Origin: Octopus vulgaris
Lineage: Eukaryota
Direction: 5' to 3'
DNA length: 64,000 nucleotides
NCBI GenBank assembly: GCA_951406725.2
Contig: OX597831.1
Location: forward strand, 620,001-684,000
Shown piece by piece: positions 13,035-25,700 of this stretch. A program made the translations under genes and the position numbers. Position 1 is the first letter of the stretch; each line of letters starts with the position of its first letter. Under the pieces are notes generated by a model. That model was not told where the DNA came from. It worked only from the letters and a program-made list of their open reading frames with translations, and ran no database searches.

Positions 13035-13403
13035 ACACACCATCCGAATGTGGCCATAGCCAGCGCCGCCCGACTGGCCTCCGTGTCGGTGGCACGTAAA
13101 AAGCACCATCCGACTGTGGCCGTTGCCAGCTTCGTCTGGTTCCCGTGCTGGTGGCACGTAAAAAGCACCATCCGATTGTGGCCGTTTGCCAGCCTTGTCT
13201 GGCACCTGTGCCGGTGGCACGTAAAAAGCACCCACTACACTCACTGAGTGGTTGGCATTAGGAAGGGCATCCAGCTGTAGAAACATTGCCAGATCAGACT
13301 GGGCCTGGTGCAGCCTTCTGGCTTCCCAGACCCCAGTTGAACCGTCCAACCCATGCCAGCATGGAAAGCGGACGTTAAATGATGATGATGATGATGATGA
13401 TGA
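13035..13403 (+). mobile_element. RTE 3'UTR fragment with tandem gtggcacgtaaaaagcacc units
   Basis: Matches 10700-11011 and ends in (GAT)n. Shorter copies at about 18220-18416, 21225-21512 and 32658-32807. Confidence 0.82.
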
Positions 13404-13535
13404 TAGTAGTTAGATAGATAGGAGGTAGGGAAATAGGAAAGTAGGTGAGTAGGCATGTAGGTAGATAAAAAAAAAGTAGGTAGGTATATAGGGTGGGAGG
13501 ATGGTAGGGTTCATAAATAAATTGATAAATATATA

Positions 13536-13714
13536 GACGCAGGAGTGGCTGTGTGGTAAGTAGCTTGCTTACCAACCACATGGTTCCGGGTTCACTCCCA
13601 GTGTGTGGCACCTTGGGCAAGTGTCTTCTACTATAGCCTCGGGCCAACCAAAGCCTTGTGAGTGGATTTGGTAGATGGAAACTGAAAGAAGTCCGTCGTA
13701 TGTATGTATATATA

Positions 13715-13771
<57 letters not shown>

Positions 13772-13940
13772 ATATATATATGGTGGTGTGTTTATGTCCC
13801 CGTAACTTAGTGGTTTGGCAAAAGAGACCGATAGAATAAGTACTAGGCTTCCAAAGAATAAGTCCTGGGGTCAATTTGATCGACTAAATGCAGTGCTCCA
13901 GCATGGCTGCTGTCAAATGAGATTGAAACAAGTAAAAGAG
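13536..13940 (+). mobile_element. tRNA-derived CORE-like SINE
   Basis: A-box tggctgtgtggtaag, B-box ggttcactccc, CORE-like ccttgggcaagtgtctt, internal (TA)n, 3' end gaaacaagtaaaaga. Confidence 0.85.
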
Positions 13941-14235
13941 ATATAGGCACAGAGAGAGAAAGAGTCAGTAAATAGTGAGAGAGAGAAAGAAAGAGAGAGA
14001 GAGTGCTGATAGAGTTGATAGAGAGTGAGAGGGAGAGATAAGAGAGAGTTAATAGATAAAATAGAGAGAGAAAGAGAGTTAAGAGGTAGAATCAATAGAT
14101 AGTTTGATGAATGGATTGATGGATGGGGTGGCTGGACAAGTGAGTAGGTTTGAGTGGATGGATGGGTTGTTAACATATCTAGTGTTAGGTTTCTTTAAAA
14201 GCTAACTGGAAATAATTATAAGTGCATGTACATGT

Positions 14236-15263
14236 TGAACATCGAACCAAATATCAATGGAAACAGTAGCTGTGATACCTGTGCCGGGGACACATAAAAA
14301 GCACCATCCGAACGTGACCGTTGCCAGTGCAGCCTCCACTGGCTTCTGTGCCGGTGGCACATAAAAAGCACCATCCGAACGTGACCGTTGCCAGTGCAGC
14401 CGCCACTGGCTTCTGTGCCGGTGGCACATAAAAAGCACCATCTGAACGTGACCGATGCCAATCCCGCCCCGAATGGCTTCTGTGCCAGTGGCACATGAAC
14501 ATCGAACCAAATATCAATGGAAACAGTAGCTGTGATACCTGTGCCGGGGCACATAAAAAGCACCATCCGAACGTGACCGTTGCCAGTGCAGCCTCCACTG
14601 GCTTCTGTACCGGTGGCACATAAAAAGCACCATCCGAACGTGACCGTTGCCAGTGCAGCCGCCACTGGCTTCTGTGCCGGTGGCACATAAAAAGCACCAT
14701 CTGAACGTGACCGATGCCAACCCCGCCCCGAATGGCTTCTGTGCCGGTGGCACATGAACATCGAACCAAATATCAATGGAAACAGTAGCTGTGATACCTG
14801 TGCCGGGGACACATAAAAAGCACCATCCGAACGTGACCGTTGCCAGTGCAGCCTCCACTGGCTTCTGTGCCGGTGGCACATAAAAAGCACCATCCGAACG
14901 TGACCGATGCCAACCCTGCCTCGAATGGCTTCTGCTGCCAGTGGCACATATAAAGCACCATCCGAACGTGGCCGATGCCAGCACCGCCCCGACTGGCTTC
15001 TGTGCCGGTGGCACATAAAAAGCACCATCCGAACGTGGCTGATGCCAGACCCCTCTGGCACCTGTGCAGGTGGCACGTAAAAAGCACCCACTACACTCGC
15101 GGAGTGGTTGGCGTTAGGAAGGGCATCCAGCTGTAGAAACACTGCCAGATCAGACTGGAGCCTGGGGCAGCCCCTGGCTCCCCAGACCCCGGTCGAACCG
15201 TCCAACCCGTGCTAGCGCGGAAAACGGATGTTAAATGATGATGATGATGATGATGATGATGAT
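14236..15263 (+). repeat. RTE 3'UTR expanded into a ~62-bp minisatellite with a ~260-bp higher-order repeat
   Basis: Marker tgaacatcgaaccaaatatcaatgg at 14236, 14496 and 14755; subunits carry gtggcacataaaaagcaccatc; ends with the RTE tail and (GAT)n. Confidence 0.9.
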
Positions 15264-15287
15264 GGGAAAATAAACAATATAGTTAAT

Positions 15288-15519
15288 ACTCTTTTACTCT
15301 TTTACTCTTTTACTTGTTTCAGTCATTTGACTGCGGCCATGCTGGAGCACCGCCTTTAGTCAAGCGAATCGACACCGGGACTTATTCTTTGTAAGCCCAG
15401 TACTTATTCTATCGGTCTCTTTTGCCGAATCGCTAAGTGACGGGGACATAAACACACCAGCATCGGTTGTCAAGCAATGCTAGGGGGACAAACACAGACA
15501 GACAAACACACACACACAC

Positions 15520-15552
<33 letters not shown>

Positions 15553-15723
15553 CATATATACGACAGGCTTCTTTCAGTTTCCGTCTACCAAATCCACTCA
15601 CAAGGCATTGCTCGGCCCGGGGCTATGGCAGAAGACACTTGCCCAAGATGTCACGCAGTGGGACTGAACCCGGAACCATGTGGTTGGTTAGCAAGCTACT
15701 TACCACACAGCCACTCCTGCGTC
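15288..15723 (-). mobile_element. tRNA-derived CORE-like SINE
   Basis: Full-length copy highly similar to 38390-38789 and 63497-63913. Confidence 0.85.
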
Positions 15724-16048
15724 TATGACTAATATTATTTCAATAATTTTTGGCAAGTATGGCAGACAGCTCCAGAGATGTTTCAGTTTTATAATGACCT
15801 CATCCTGAAGCTATATTCTTCACCATACATTCCAAAATAGTGATGAGAGAAGTCCTAAGTAAATGTACAATATTGTACTCTAGTAGCTGTGGTCAAATAG
15901 GGAAAGGACAGCCTGATCTTTGTTTGCAAGCACAGGACAACAACGGACACGTTCCAGATAGTTAAGACTTTGTCAACATAACAGTGGGTTCATGAAAAAA
16001 GCTTCTAGATTTTGGCAAAGTAAAGAGTTTTTTTTAAAATAAAATTTA

Positions 16049-16700
16049 ATAATAATAATAATAATAATAATAATGATAATAAAACATTGTGTACAGTGCT
16101 CAGGTGCACTACAACTCATTTAAAGTGTATGTATAGTACATAGGGTAATGTACAAGTGTCAGGAAAAGAACAGTGCATGAGTCATGACATACACATATGT
16201 GTATGAGTATGGAAGGGGGACAATCAGGTGTAGTTTCGGCGGATTTCGGAAAGCATGAGGGCCTTAAAGGATGCAGTGTCATGGCAGTCAACAACTGACG
16301 CAGGCAGTTTGTTCCATGCTTCAGCAACTCTGAGTGTGAAAAAATGTTTCCAAAAGTCATGGGAGCTGTGCTGTTTTCTGACTTTGTAGGCATGTCCACG
16401 TGTGTTGGACACATGGAGATCAAAAAGGTGTTCAGTGTTGTTGTTGGTGAGGTTGTTGATAACTTTGTGGGTGTTTACCAAGTCCATCGCCAGACGCCGG
16501 AGCTTCAGTGAATCCATGCCCAGGGAAACAAGGCACTCAGAGTATGGTAGGTGTCTGATGGAGGGTATGCGTTTGATTGCACGTCTCTGAACAGATTCCA
16601 GGAGGTCAATGTTCTGAGCAAGATAGGGGTTCCAAACTGATGATGCGAATTCCAAGTGTGGTCGTACCATAGCTGTATACAGCTTTAAATAGATGGCTGG
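16049..16700 (-). mobile_element. CR1-clade LINE 3' end
   Basis: ORF 16224..16670 with VRPHLEFASSVWNP, LESVQRRA, RRL--DL, TRGH and FFTLRV--WNKLP; (TTA)n tail. Confidence 0.92.
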
Positions 16701-17220
16701 TAAAGTTTATTATATAAAAATAACGGTATTCACCATTTTCAAAGTAATAAGTTTCATGTTTTTATTTTTATGCAAATAAATTTTCTTTTTAAAACATTTT
16801 TTTTTGTTTCATTTGGTGGCGATGATGATGATGACAACGATGACCACCACTGCACCACCACCACCTTTTAGTGTACTGTACCAAACTATGTACCCACCTA
16901 TTTACCCATATATCTACCAACTTAGCTAGCCACCTACCTACCTATATATCTATCCACTAGCTAGCTAGCTGCATACCTACTTACCTATCTATCCATCTAT
17001 CTATGTACCTATATACCTGCCTGTATATCTACCTACCTCCTGCCCACCTACCAGCTTACATATCTACTTGCCTACCTACTTTCATTCCAATATACCTACT
17101 CACTATCTAGCTACCCATCCACATACCTACCTGTTTCCCTCCTTCCCTCCCTAAATACCTCCCTATTTCCCTCCTTCCCTCCCTCCCTCCCTCCCTCCTT
17201 CCCTACCTACCTAATACCTA

Positions 17221-17453
17221 TTTCTTTACTACCCACGAGGGGCTAAACACAGAGGGGACAGACAAGGACAGGCATAGGTATTATGTCGATTACATCGACC
17301 CCAGTGCGTAACTGGTACTTAATTTATCGACCCCAAAAGGATGAAAGGCAAAGTCGACCTCGGCAGAATTTGAACTCAGAACGTAACGGCAGATGAAATA
17401 CGGCTACGCATTTTGCCCGGTGTGCTAATGTTTCTGCCAGCTCGCTGCCTTAG
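17221..17453 (-). mobile_element. Nin/Deu-domain tRNA SINE inserted in a (CCTA)n tract
   Basis: Full head to tail; flanking direct repeat tacctacctaataccta at 17204-17220 and 17454-17470. Confidence 0.82.
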
Positions 17454-17666
17454 TACCTACCTAATACCTACCTACCTACCCACCTGCCTACCTACCAACA
17501 TACCTACATACCTATATACCTACCTACATACCTATACATACCTACCTACTTGCCTACCTACCCACCTACATACCTACCTACCTACCTGCTCACCTACCTA
17601 TCTAACTACATATTAACTTACCATCATACATCTATGTACTACTGACCATGTTTGTTTCCATTACAG

Positions 17667-17756
17667 AGCCACAACCATTCCTACTGTATCCGACCAGCCC
17701 TCCCTAAGTACACAGTGGAACCCCAGGATGTGACCATTCAACTGGACAGTTCATTT
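17667..17756 (+). CDS. GALC: GALC exon, SHNHSYCIRPALPKYTVEPQDVTIQLDSSF
   Basis: ttacag/gtgag; 90 nt, phase 0-0; conserved CIRP loop. Confidence 0.94.
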
Positions 17757-18179
17757 GTGAGTTGACTAGTTTTATTTGTGTATATACTTCATAAATAACA
17801 CACAGCCAAACACAAGAATGAGTCTTCTACTATAGGCTGGCTGAAATCTTGTGAGTGGATTTGACAAATGGAACTGAAAGAAGCCCATCGTATATATAGA
17901 ATATAAATTAGAGAAAAAACCACTATTATGCAATTCAAACAATAATAGACATAAACCAAATCATAAATAAAAAAATAATATTAGGGAGTTATACTCCCTA
18001 ATATTATTACTATTTCCGCCGAGGCCGACTTTGCCTTTCATCCTTTCGGGGTCGATAAATTAAGTACCAGTTATGCACTGGGGTCGATGTAGTCGACTTA
18101 ATCCCTTTGTCTGTCCTTGTTTGTCCCCTCTGTGTTTAGCCCCTTGTGGGTAGTAAAGAAATATATATATATATATCTA

Positions 18180-18222
<43 letters not shown>

Positions 18223-18429
18223 GGCACCTGTGCCGGTGGCACGTAAAAAGCACCCACTACACTCACAGAGTGGTTGGCGTTAGGAAGGGCATCCAGCTGT
18301 AGAAACACTGCCAGATCAGACTGGAGCCTGGTGCAGCCCCTGGCTTCCCAGACCCCGGTCGAACCGTCCAACCCTTGCTAGCGCGGAAAACGGACGTTAA
18401 ACGATGATGATGATGATATATATATATTG

Positions 18430-18641
18430 ATTCAGTTGTTTGACTGTAGCTATGATGGAGCACCATCGTGAAGGATTTTAGTCAAACAAATTGACCTTGG
18501 GACTTATTTTTTAAGCCTAGTACTTATTTTACTGGTCTCTTTTGTCAAACTGTGAAGTTATGGGGATGTAAACACACCAACACCAGTTGTCAAGCAGTGA
18601 TGGGTGGGTGGGGGGACAAATACGAACACACATAAATACAC

Positions 18642-18688
<47 letters not shown>

Positions 18689-18788
18689 CACAGATATATA
18701 TGTATACATATATATATCACGTAGTGAGACTGAACTTGGAACTATGTGGTTGGGAAACAAGCTTCTTATCATGCACCTGTGCCTGCAC
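18430..18788 (-). mobile_element. Degenerate CORE-like tRNA SINE
   Basis: Family 3' half and head present; central part deleted. Confidence 0.65.
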
Positions 18789-18789
18789 C

Positions 18790-18840
<51 letters not shown>

Positions 18841-19873
18841 AATACAAATAAGAAAATGGAGGAACAGATTTCTTTCAATCATCAAATTACATAATACCAA
18901 TTCATATTATTTATTAACTACTTAAATAGGAACATCCAAATCCAACAGAATAAAACAGAATAAAACAATATACATCAATAAGTAAGATAATACCATAAAA
19001 ATAATACATATAAAATGGATCTTACAGCTGTTTCAGCCTGTAGATAAAGGTATCTCATTGTGCCTATATTAGTCATATGTATTGAGGTAATATGCACTTA
19101 AAATGAGTTACTTATATATATATCTCAAGGCCTTAAAACAAGTGTTACTGTCATGCAATTAGTGTCCATCATTCCCAATACTCTGTTCGTTGGGAAATAT
19201 TAACTTACAATGGGTCAGTCAGCTTAGATGTAGACATACATGTAGGAGAGATTTCCTCACAGTTTCTGCCTACCAAATTCAGCTTATAATGTATTGGGCA
19301 ACTCAAGGCTATGTAGTGGGACCAAAACTGAAAAAATGGCTAAAACAAGTAAGTGACTAACCACTCCACAGACAGGTGTATCCTTAATGCAATTCTCTAG
19401 GAGATTCACTGTAAACACAGTGATGTCACCTGGCACACTGCCTCATGAAGATCACTGCTAGCTCTCAGTGTGCATGCAGCTGTGTGCAGCCATCTGTTGG
19501 CATGCCACAGAACCAGTCTGGGAACCTTTTGATACCACCTTGTGTGTGTGTGTATGTATATATATATATATATATATAAATTCAGCAAAAATTTAGATTT
19601 GAATGAATATGGTACTTAATTTAGATGCACCAGAATTTTGTATGGTGTTATCCATAAAAATTTACGGGGTGATTATAATCAAAATAAGCAACAAGAATGA
19701 CTCCGGTAAGATAGATACAGCAGTTAGATACAGCCATAGCTTGGTCAGTCAGTGGTTGAACTTCACTACCTCATATGTTCTTAAAATTTAAATCTACATC
19801 TTTGTCTGTATATCTACCTTCTCTATAATGTTGCTACTTGATTTGAAAGCTTTTATATTAATGGAAAACCTAT

Positions 19874-19968
19874 GTAATTGGCTGATGAGCACTCAGCATC
19901 TTAAATCTGTTGTAATACTTACAACTTTTAATAAAATGATGTAGTGTGAAACAATTGTACCAAATTAC
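19874..19968 (+). ncRNA. Type I hammerhead ribozyme motif (PLE-type, palindromic stem III)
   Basis: gtaattgg-CTGATGA(19882-88)-gcact...agtgt-GAAA(19948-51)-CAATTG-TA(19958-59)-ccaaattac; stems I, II and III all pair. Confidence 0.8.
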
Positions 19969-20100
19969 CGGAGTCATTCTTGTTGCTTATTTTGATTATA
20001 TATATATATATATGTATACACACACATACATATATGATGACGATGATAATATGTACATATATGCATATATACATACATACATACATGCATACATATATAT

Positions 20101-20337
20101 ATTTTACATTATTTATTAATTATACAAAGGGGAACATCAAAATCAAACAAAACATTATATAAATCAATATGTAATATAATAATAAAAATAATACAAATAA
20201 ACTGCTCCTTACAGCTGAAACAGTTGTAAGGAGCAGTTTATTTGTATTATTTTTATTATTATATTACATATTGATTTATATAATGTCTTGTTTGATTTTG
20301 ACGTTCCCATTTGTATAATCAATAAATAATGTAAAAT
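20101..20337. repeat. ~117-bp-arm palindrome centred on a hammerhead half-site
   Basis: ...actgctccttacagctg-aaa-cagttgtaaggagcagt...; arms near-perfect centrally; flanked by TA-rich repeats. Confidence 0.88.
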
Positions 20338-20399
20338 TGTAAAGTCTGTAAGTTGATGAACGAGATGAATTTGTTTCTTCATTTTCTTATTTATATATG

Positions 20400-20553
<154 letters not shown>

Positions 20554-20624
20554 CATACACGTTAAACGACGATGATGATGATGATGATGATATATAAACA
20601 TATACACATAAATATTTTTTACAG

Positions 20625-20714
20625 AGCTTTGTCAAACAATTCTACATCTGGTTCAGTGAATTAAGCTTCACCCAGAAAGCATCTGTGCTGTTCCAACAGC
20701 AGAAACCAATTCCG
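20625..20714 (+). CDS. GALC: GALC exon, [30 protein letters not shown]
   Basis: tttacag/gtaag; 90 nt, phase 0-0; W-S-L and F-Q pattern of the beta-sandwich domain; fills the expected gap. Confidence 0.88.
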
Positions 20715-21689
20715 GTAAGTTCTGAGACATTTTTCCTCATTATATAGCAAATTATCTGTCATCTTTTGGCTGCTGTTTATTTTCTTCTAGAGTCTTCTGC
20801 TGGTGTGTTTCTCTCTAATTTTGTAATTAGTTCAAAGTGGACTATCACCATCACTACTACTTCAATCGCTACCACCGCCTTCCTCTGTCACCTTTCTGTC
20901 TGGGTGCACCAGACCTAACCAAGAACACCCACTCATTTCAAGAACCTGTGTTTCTTCCCTTGCTTTTTAAATTTTACTACTTAGTCAGAGTGGGATAGGG
21001 GAACAGTTTATGGATTTTTATTTTCTTAGGTTCTCCAAAACTGGTGAGTAGGAGGGAGCAAGTTATCCTCAAGCTGGAGAAATGACCTGAGCTTACAATA
21101 GAGTGAGCACTGCTAAAGGTACTCAAGGATCAATCAGTGGTGTTAAACAGGGCAATAGTTTCACTTGGTTTTACCAAAGAGCTCAATGGAAAGAGCCAGA
21201 ACAAATACTATAAGACATGTACAGTGACATGTCAAAGCGTCTGTGTGGCATCATGTAAAAGTGCCTGTGCAGTGCCACGTAAAAGCACCCACATGGTGCC
21301 ACATAAAAGCACTGGTACGGTGCCACGTAAAAGCATCCAGCACACTCTGTAAAGTGGTTGACATAGGAAAGGCACCCAGATGTAGAAACCAAGCCAAAAC
21401 AGGCTGGAGCCTGGTGCAACTCTCTGGCTTACCATTTCCAGTTAAACCATCTAACTCATGCCAACATAGAAAATGGATGCTAAATGATGATGATGATGAT
21501 GATGATGATGATGGTAACCACTCTGTCAATTTGCTATTCCAACTATTGTCCTTCCTTCTAAACCCTTGTACTGTGGAGGACCTTTTCAAAGTTTTTTTCA
21601 TTTTCCAGATAATATTCGTTAAACTTGTTGCCACTCATATCCTGTTGTTTCTCCCCTTATTCATTTTGTTAATCTTCAGCATTCTCCTT

Positions 21690-21865
21690 TCCATGGCTCT
21701 TTGTATTGATCTTAGTTTATTTCCAATGCTCTAGTTGGTAGTCCATGTTTCTGAGGTGTACATAATGGTAGGCAGCACGCATTGGTTGAAGACCTTACTT
21801 TTTTAGATACAAGGGCAAATTACTGCTCATGATGCGATTCGATTTACCAAAGGCTGCCCATATGA
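21690..21865 (-). mobile_element. Old RTE LINE fragment
   Basis: Reverse strand gives WAAFGK and KVFNQCVLPTIMYTSETWT. Confidence 0.65.
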
Positions 21866-21904
21866 TCTCCACATGTATAAAAGGTTCCAATTGTTGGTTT
21901 TCAG

Positions 21905-22046
21905 GTTATAAATGGTCAAGTGAACCTAACACTAGGAGTTGACCAAGTGATTACATTGACCACAGTCAAACACGACCAGCCACAACCATATGGTAATGTT
22001 CCACCATCAGCTCCATTTCCTACTATGTATGCAGAAGATTTTGAAG
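21905..22046 (+). CDS. GALC: GALC exon, VINGQVNLTLGVDQVITLTTVKHDQPQPYGNVPPSAPFPTMYAEDFE
   Basis: tttcag/gtgag; 142 nt, phase 0-1; TLTT and PPS-PFP--Y-DDF-like motifs; overlaps ORF 21920..22123. Confidence 0.94.
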
Positions 22047-22399
22047 GTGAGTATTTGCTGTGCTTCTGTGCTCTGACACACACAGGCATGCCTACACACA
22101 TGTACACATGCATGCGTACATAGTTGCAAGTAAGGCAAGTGTAGTTAGGAGGTTTGCTTTTCAGCTACATGGTTTCAGGTTCAGTCCCACTGTGTGGCAT
22201 TTTGAACATGTGTAGTACATTGAACATGTATAACACCTTGGATGGGGTGTGTGTGTGTGTGGGGGGGGGCAGTGTGGCTGACCAAAGGTCTGTGAATGGA
22301 TTTGGTTGATGGAAACTGAAAGATGCCAAGCCTCAAACCAGACAAAGCCATGTGAGTGGATTTGGTAAACAAAAGCTGAAAGAAGCCTGTCATATATAT

Positions 22400-22800
22400 A
22401 TTCTTTTACTCTTTTACTTGTTTCAGTCATTTGACTGTGGTCATGCTGGAGCACTGCCTTTATTCAAGCAAATTGACCCCAGAACTTATTCTTTATAAGC
22501 CTAGTACTTATTCTGTCGGTCTCTTTTGCTGAACCATTAAGTTATGGGGATGTAAACACACCAACATCGGTTGTCAGGTGAGGATGGAAGGACAAACATA
22601 GACATACAAATACCTACCTACACACACACACACACATACAATGGGCTTCTTTCAGTATCTGTCCACCAAATCCGCTCACAAGGCTTTGGTCGGCCTGAAG
22701 CTATAGCAGAAGACGCTTGCCCAAGGTGCCATGCAGTGGGACTGAACGCAGAACCATGTGGTTGGGAAGCAAGCTTCTTACCACACAGCCACTCCTGCAC
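22400..22800 (-). mobile_element. CORE-like tRNA SINE, tail-to-tail with a degenerate + strand copy at about 22130-22392
   Basis: Family sequence as at 15288-15723. Confidence 0.78.
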
Positions 22801-22933
22801 CTATATATATATATATACTACGATGATCCGGTTCTTGACTGAAGACTGAGGGTTTCGAATGTCCTGTCCGTGTTTATTGTATCGTCTTCTAAGAGTTATA
22901 CGTTCTTGTCCATGTTGTATTTTTCTACATACC

Positions 22934-22978
<45 letters not shown>

Positions 22979-23679
22979 TCATCATCATTTAGCATCTGTC
23001 TTCCATGCATGTGTGTGTGTCTTTGTGTCTGTATTAGTCCCTTTTCCCACTACTTGACAACGGGTGTTGGTGCGTTTATGTCCCCATAACTTAATGGTTC
23101 AGCTAATAAGTCTGATATAATAAGTACAAGGCTTAAAAAAATAAAAAGTACTGGGATTGATTCATTCAACTAAAAATTCCTCAAGGTGGTGCCTCAGCAT
23201 GGCCACAGTCTAATGACTGAAACAAGTAAAAGATAAAAGATATGTGTGTGTGTGTGTGTGCATATGTACATGTGTGTGTGTGTTTGTGTGTTTATGCCTC
23301 TTGTTCTTGATATTATGTGATTAGTTGTATTAAGTGTCGTCGTCATATAAGTGGTGTTATTCATTTCTAATTTCCCTTGAAAAGCATGTCCAGTCATTGG
23401 AAAATATTATGTTGCCTGGAAACAAGCAAGGGTTAACATGAAGCAGGACATTCAGCTGTAGAAAATCTGCCTCAATGAGTTCTGTCTGACACATGCAGGC
23501 ATAAAAAAGTGGATGTTAAAATGACGATGACTATGATGACATTTACTTACACACATACACCTGCACTTGTACATATGCATACACACATACCCACATGTAC
23601 ACAGACACACATATGCACAGATGTATACGCACACATGCACATACACACTCGTATATGCCTGAACACACACACACATTCT

Positions 23680-23927
23680 GTGGAGGCACGTGGCTTAGTG
23701 GTTAGGTTGTTGAACTCATGATCGTAAGGTTGTGGTTTCGATTTCTGGACCAGGCGATGCGTTGTGTTCTTGAGCAAAACACTTCATTTTCATGTTGTTC
23801 CAGTCTACTCAGCTGGCAAAAATGAGTAATCCTGCGATGGACCAGCGTCCCATCCAGGTGGGGAATTTCTATGCCACTGAAACCGGGAAACCGGCCCTTA
23901 TGAGCCTGGCATGGCTCGAGAAGGAAC
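23680..23927 (+). mobile_element. tRNA-derived SINE with a Meta/V-like domain
   Basis: Head tggcttagtggttagg...gtttcgatttc, then ttgagcaaaacacttc and cctgcgatggaccagcgtcccatccagg...gaaaccggg; related to 44930-45492. Confidence 0.78.
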
Positions 23928-24029
23928 ATTCTGAATTCAAATCCCACTGAAGTCAACTTTGCTTTTCATCCTTCTGGGCCTTGAATATTATTTTACTGAC
24001 CATTTCAAATGTATCTATTCTTTCTGTAG

Positions 24030-24210
24030 GATATCCTCTTTATGCCGAACCTTATAATTTTGCCCAACAAACTGGGTCTTTTGAGGTAGTTCAAGTGGGT
24101 GAGCCATACAACAAAGTGATGCGTCAGATGGTACTGGAAACACCTGTGGCTTGGTGTTTGGCTGATTATGGCAATACTTCTATAACAGTGATTGGCAACA
24201 GTTCTGCTTG
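24030..24210 (+). CDS. GALC: GALC exon (lectin domain), GYPLYAEPYNFAQQTGSFEVVQVGEPYNKVMRQMVLETPVAWCLADYGNTSITVIGNSSAW
   Basis: ctgtag/gtaag; 181 nt, phase 1-2; E--NFA-QTG-FE and RQ-V---P--W motifs; overlaps ORF 23981..24214. Confidence 0.95.
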
Positions 24211-24510
24211 GTAAGATAATTCTTCACTCAATGTTACTATTGTGATTATTTAAAAGAGCCAATGGCTATGAGAGTTGGAAGAGCATTAAAAAAAAAAATC
24301 ACGTTAATTTGTCTGGTTCTCTAGGTTTCGAGTTCAAATCCTGCTGAGTTCAACTTTGCATTCATCTCTCTGGAGACAATAAAATAAAGTACCAGTCAAA
24401 TATTGGGGTTGATGTTGTTGACTTCTGTCAAAATTTCAGGTCTTGTGCCAGAAATAGAAAGAATTAGTAGCATTTCATTCTGAGTTATGGATATTTATCT
24501 TCTGAATTAA

Positions 24511-24731
24511 CCCCTTTGTTACTGTATTTATTTAGAGATGTTCTGTGTTTTTTTCAATTACTTTAAATATAACAAAGAATTTAGTAAAATAACTTAGTTA
24601 TCATTCAGCTAGTGTTAGGAACCATAAATTGTGACTAAGGTTTGGTGGAAGATTTTAATTCAAAACTTATGTAAACAAGACATTTGTACTCAGAGCCAGA
24701 GCCAGTTTCAGCCGGGTTGGTAACGAAAGGG
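24511..24731. mobile_element. piggyBac-type MITE
   Basis: TTAA on both sides (24507-10, 24732-35); TIRs cccctttgttac / gtaacgaaaggg. Confidence 0.8.
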
Positions 24732-24977
24732 TTAAAAAGAATCCCGGTGAAGTTAAATGTACCTTTTACCCTTCTGAGGTTGATAAAGTAAAGTGCCAGT
24801 CAGGTCTCTATTCCCTTCTCGTTCCTTGCCTAATTTAAGGTCTTATACATTTTCTAGAAATCTTTATCAAGAAGGCCCAGTTTGGGTTGATTTTTGCCTT
24901 TCATCATTCTGGGGGTGATGAAAGCCTTTTGAGTGGATTAGGTAGACAGAAACTGAAAGAAGTATGTCATGTGTATG

Positions 24978-25029
<52 letters not shown>

Positions 25030-25530
25030 TCTCCCACTACCACTTGACAATCAGTGTTGGTGTGTTTACATCTCCATAACTTAGTGGTTTGGCAAAAGAT
25101 GTCAATAGAATAAGTACTGGGTTAAAAAAAAGTCCTGGGGTTGATTTTTTTCGACTAAAACCCTTTAAGGCAATGTCCCAGCATGCCACAGTCATGATAA
25201 AATAAGTTAAATACCGAGGGAAAGGAAAGTTAATCAACTATCTTGTATATGAAATATTACTAGGAAAAGCAGTAAGTGGTTGAGCTTTAGACAAAATGCT
25301 CTGCAGATTTAGTTGTAGCCTGTATTTACACTCTGAATTCAAATCCCACCAGAACTAAGATTGCCTTTCCCCCCATCCAGGGTCAATAAAATCAGTAGCA
25401 GTCAAGAATTGTATTTTATCTTTTTATTTGTAACCTTTTCTAAAGGAGCTTCATTCATGTGCTATCATGAAAAAAAAAAAAGAAGAAAAATCATTGATTT
25501 TCTTTTCTGTTTGATATTTTTTCTCCTCAG

Positions 25531-25700
25531 GATCGACACCTACGTGGAGGTAAAAGCACGTATTGGAGAAGTGAACGGCAGCAAGGAGGTTTTTATTGCT
25601 TCACGTGTCAGCCAAGGAGGTTGTTCCACATTGTCATCTCGTGGAGTCTTTTTGTTCGTTGATCCTATAAGCAAGACCTATCATTTGTATGGAGATATAG
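25531..25700 (+). CDS. GALC: GALC exon, IDTYVEVKARIGEVNGSKEVFIASRVSQGGCSTLSSRGVFLFVDPISKTYHLYGDI
   Basis: cctcag/gtgtg; 170 nt, phase 2-1; VFIA-RV--GG and RGVF motifs; overlaps ORF 25361..25774. Confidence 0.94.

Noticed and set aside
14236-15090. CRISPR-like array of regularly spaced repeats and the 329-aa ORF 14216..15205
   Set aside because: The intervening segments are themselves repeated, no cas genes are present, the context is eukaryotic, and the unit matches the RTE 3'UTR. The ORF is a by-product of the repeat.
22825-22870. CTGAAGA in a small TA-flanked insert as a hammerhead core
   Set aside because: No correctly placed GAAA or stem II/III pairing.
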